A stretch of DNA of 64,000 nucleotides from an uncultured Candidatus Saccharibacteria bacterium (GTDB lineage: Bacteria > Patescibacteriota > Minisyncoccia > Phycocordibacterales > UBA6899), in NCBI GenBank assembly GCA_964515375.1, contig CAZERF010000002.1, positions 29,164-93,163 on the forward strand, in the 5' to 3' direction. Shown in pieces: positions 61,973-64,000 of this stretch. Made by a program: the position numbers and the translations under genes. How positions within the stretch are numbered: position 1 is the first letter of the stretch; every line of letters starts with the position of its first letter. The notes under the pieces are model-generated. The model did not search any database and was not told the DNA's origin. It worked only from the letters and a program-made list of their open reading frames with translations.

Positions 61973-64000
61973 TTAATTGTCTCCCCATCCACTCCACCCG
62001 CCCCATGGGTGACAAAAATCATAAGGAGTTGACCACCCGTTGGTGTTCACTCCTACCATCCACTTGTCGGTAGACCATGCCGTGATTCCGTTATCCCATT
62101 TGACCTCCCACCAGTAGTAGCCGTCCGCATAGATTGAACCGCTCTTGATTGTTCCGATCACTGAATTTTTAGGAATCGATCCGACGTAATTGCTTGTTAT
62201 GCTCGCGCTGCTTCGAAGGTTTAGATTTGCTGTTGCCTTGACTCGGAGATCGCGACAGAAATCTGCAGCATAAGAACTAGTGGGAGTTGTTCCTCCGGTT
62301 GACAGTGCAAGGTCGTCATTTACTGTCCATCCGATGATTTTGTTGTCCCACTTCACTTTCCACCACCATTCACCATCAGCAAGGATCGGCTGCCCTTCAA
62401 TGACCGTCCCTTTTGTGTTCTTTAATGTGTAGCCGATGAAACGCTCAGTTTCACCCGGATCCTGTCGAACGATCGTGTCTCTTGAGGTCGTGATCCGAGT
62501 ATTAATCGTGAAGTTGGTCGGCATTGCTGGAGCACTGGAGGCGGGTAATGGTGACGGTATCTTTGCATGTGCATACACAACGACACCGTCATCGTTAAGG
62601 TCATAGTTCTTTGCGGAGGCGGTGAGCAGGTTGTTATCAGTGTCATTAACCACTCCTGTTCCGTCGAGATCCGCGTTGGAGCAAATAAGTCCGAGCGGAA
62701 TCGTCGAGCTCTTGCATACTTGCAAAATTCCAAGGTCGGGTTGCAGTGTTGCATCCCATACTCGCCGCTCAATATCTCTCATCCTCATAACGTTTGTACT
62801 TACCATGTCTGTACCCCCAAGAGACCAGAGAACATGTTGAGAAAAATTGAAATCTGACGAGGTCACATAGCCATCCATGTTAAGGTCAGCCCTCGCACAA
62901 TTTGGTGTTGTTGGCGCTTCGACGCATGTGTCCAAGAATGCGTCGTCTTCCTCGTTGAGATACCCGTCCTTGTTAAGGTCGTGTGCACTTAGTGTTGAGA
63001 ACATGATCTCTCCCGCTGGGGTTTTTTGGCGTGTTCCCGCGATTCCCGTACTGTCTTCTGATGTGCATCCAAGTGAGCCACAGAGGCCATTTTTGACACT
63101 ATTGAGACTTATCGATCCCGTCGTTAAGTTCATCGCGTCTTCGTATGCATCAACCATCGCCTCGATCTCATCCGCGGAAAGACTGAAATTTCCATAAACA
63201 CGTAGTGCACAAGGGAAGAGATTGTCTTGTTTTGTTCGGAGATAGCAAACTTCGTCGGCAAAATTTGTTGTTGTTGTTTTGTAATTGATAAACCCGTCCT
63301 TGTTGAAGTCATATTTTTCGGCCTGTTCAAAGATTGTGACATCGGCAATACTGATCAATCCATCCGCGTTGAGGTCTGCCCTCGAGCAAGATCCTGAGAT
63401 CGGTTGTCCTACGCAACTTTTTAAGATAAAGAGATCACTTGCGCAACGCTTGTCAGTTTCGTTAAGATTGACACACACACGAACCGAAGATTCTTTTGTT
63501 GTGCAGTTGTTTTTTGTGTCGCAAGCTTTAACTTTGACAAGATAAGTACCATTTCCCTCTTGTAGCGTGTTGATGTTGTGTGTATTGGTAAACGTCGTGG
63601 TGCATGGAGTTGCTAGTGTGCAGGAGGATGTATTCAGGATGGTCTCGTTGTTTTCTTTGTGAGTCACCGTTAATAGCACTTCTCGAAGATCTGTATTGTC
63701 AGTGGCCTTGAGGTCAATCGTGAGGGTGGTTGCTGAGGTGAAGGAATTTGTCACTGGAGCAAGGATGCTGACTGAAGGTGAAGTCGTGTCTCTTTTTGTA
63801 TCTGTGAGCGCGGCAGTATCATCATCGTCGATTCTTATTGATGCTGTTTCCGTGTTGATACTTGATCCGTTTGATGGGCTGGAGAGGTGTACGGAGAAGA
63901 TTTCATTTTGTTCGGTGTCTGAATCATTGGTAATAGGAATGATGATGTTTTGCGTTGTGATCCCCGGCAGGAAAGTGAGAGTTCCTGACCGTACGGTATA
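61973..64000 (-). CDS. Large surface protein, 5'-partial (continues beyond the right edge): Calx-beta-like domain(s), ≥6 dockerin/EF-hand-like Ca-binding repeats, two C-terminal SH3b-like domains
   Basis: My hand-translation upstream of the GTG at 63754 shows the frame stays open to the window end with a Calx-beta-like segment (YTVRSGTLTFLPG…IRIDDDD). Repeats ADLNADGLISIADV, YDFNKDGFINY, HDLNKDGYLNEED, ADLNMDGYVTSSDF, YDLNDDGVVVY. SH3b-like GEWWWKVKWDNKIIGW and GYYWWEVKWDNGITAW. Confidence 0.7.
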   Translation of the reverse strand, partial: YTVRSGTLTFLPGITTQNIIIPITNDSDTEQNEIFSVHLSSPSNGSSINTETASIRIDDDDTAALTDTKRDTTSPSVSILAPVTNSFTSATTLTIDLKATDNTDLREVLLTVTHKENNETILNTSSCTLATPCTTTFTNTHNINTLQEGNGTYLVKVKACDTKNNCTTKESSVRVCVNLNETDKRCASDLFILKSCVGQPISGSCSRADLNADGLISIADVTIFEQAEKYDFNKDGFINYKTTTTNFADEVCYLRTKQDNLFPCALRVYGNFSLSADEIEAMVDAYEDAMNLTTGSISLNSVKNGLCGSLGCTSEDSTGIAGTRQKTPAGEIMFSTLSAHDLNKDGYLNEEDDAFLDTCVEAPTTPNCARADLNMDGYVTSSDFNFSQHVLWSLGGTDMVSTNVMRMRDIERRVWDATLQPDLGILQVCKSSTIPLGLICSNADLDGTGVVNDTDNNLLTASAKNYDLNDDGVVVYAHAKIPSPLPASSAPAMPTNFTINTRITTSRDTIVRQDPGETERFIGYTLKNTKGTVIEGQPILADGEWWWKVKWDNKIIGWTVNDDLALSTGGTTPTSSYAADFCRDLRVKATANLNLRSSASITSNYVGSIPKNSVIGTIKSGSIYADGYYWWEVKWDNGITAWSTDKWMVGVNTNGWSTPYDFCHPWGGWSGWGDN

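Noticed and set aside
1-64000. CRISPR arrays and rRNA genes
   Set aside because: I scanned the intergenic regions for regularly spaced short direct repeats and found none. The only repeats seen are the pairs and tandems listed above. No rRNA signatures were seen.

Overview
This window looks like a chromosomal segment spanning the replication origin of a small-genome, monoderm-type bacterium. The gene order rpmH-rnpA-yidD-yidC(short, 245 aa)-jag on the minus strand, divergent from dnaA-dnaN on the plus strand, with DnaA-box-like motifs in the dnaA-dnaN spacer, supports this. Inferring a Patescibacteria/CPR-like lineage from the gene content, short YebC/YidC and many secreted hypothetical proteins is a guess. 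Housekeeping genes that I recognise with confidence: pilB, pilC, uvrD/pcrA, ksgA, PBP1A, tyrS, ruvC, yebC, ruvB, tsaE, polA, gmk, a SpoU methylase, a Mur ligase and tRNA-Lys(UUU). The left edge carries a type IV pilus operon (CheY-like receiver, PilB, PilC and two prepilins, the last running off the window), and a second, orphan pilB paralog sits at 43.6-45.2 kb. The most notable accessory feature is a ~14 kb T4SS-like locus at 16-30.7 kb. It holds a VirB6/TrbL-like polytopic protein, a PrgI/VirB3-like protein, and a VirB4 ATPase split into two ORFs 5 bp apart. It also holds many secreted or membrane proteins and two tandem paralogs sharing a perfectly duplicated 418-bp 5' module (terminator, promoter and the N-terminal membrane anchor / SP+2TM module) fused to different C-terminal cell-wall-hydrolase-like domains, one with lytic-transglycosylase motifs. 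No VirD4 coupling protein or relaxase is visible. Other points worth a second look are tandem copies of the tRNA-Lys 3' end beside that tRNA (att-site-like remnants), a phaB-like reductase / MaoC-Ptb fusion / acyl-kinase cluster, a possible homopolymer frameshift, a promoter-to-terminator unit with no convincing ORF (candidate sRNA), paired near-identical hairpins, and a transposase-like fragment beside an AT-rich spacer and a large Calx-beta/dockerin-like/SH3b surface protein at the right edge. Many long antisense ORFs in the six-frame track are artefacts of GC-rich coding sequence and were rejected.
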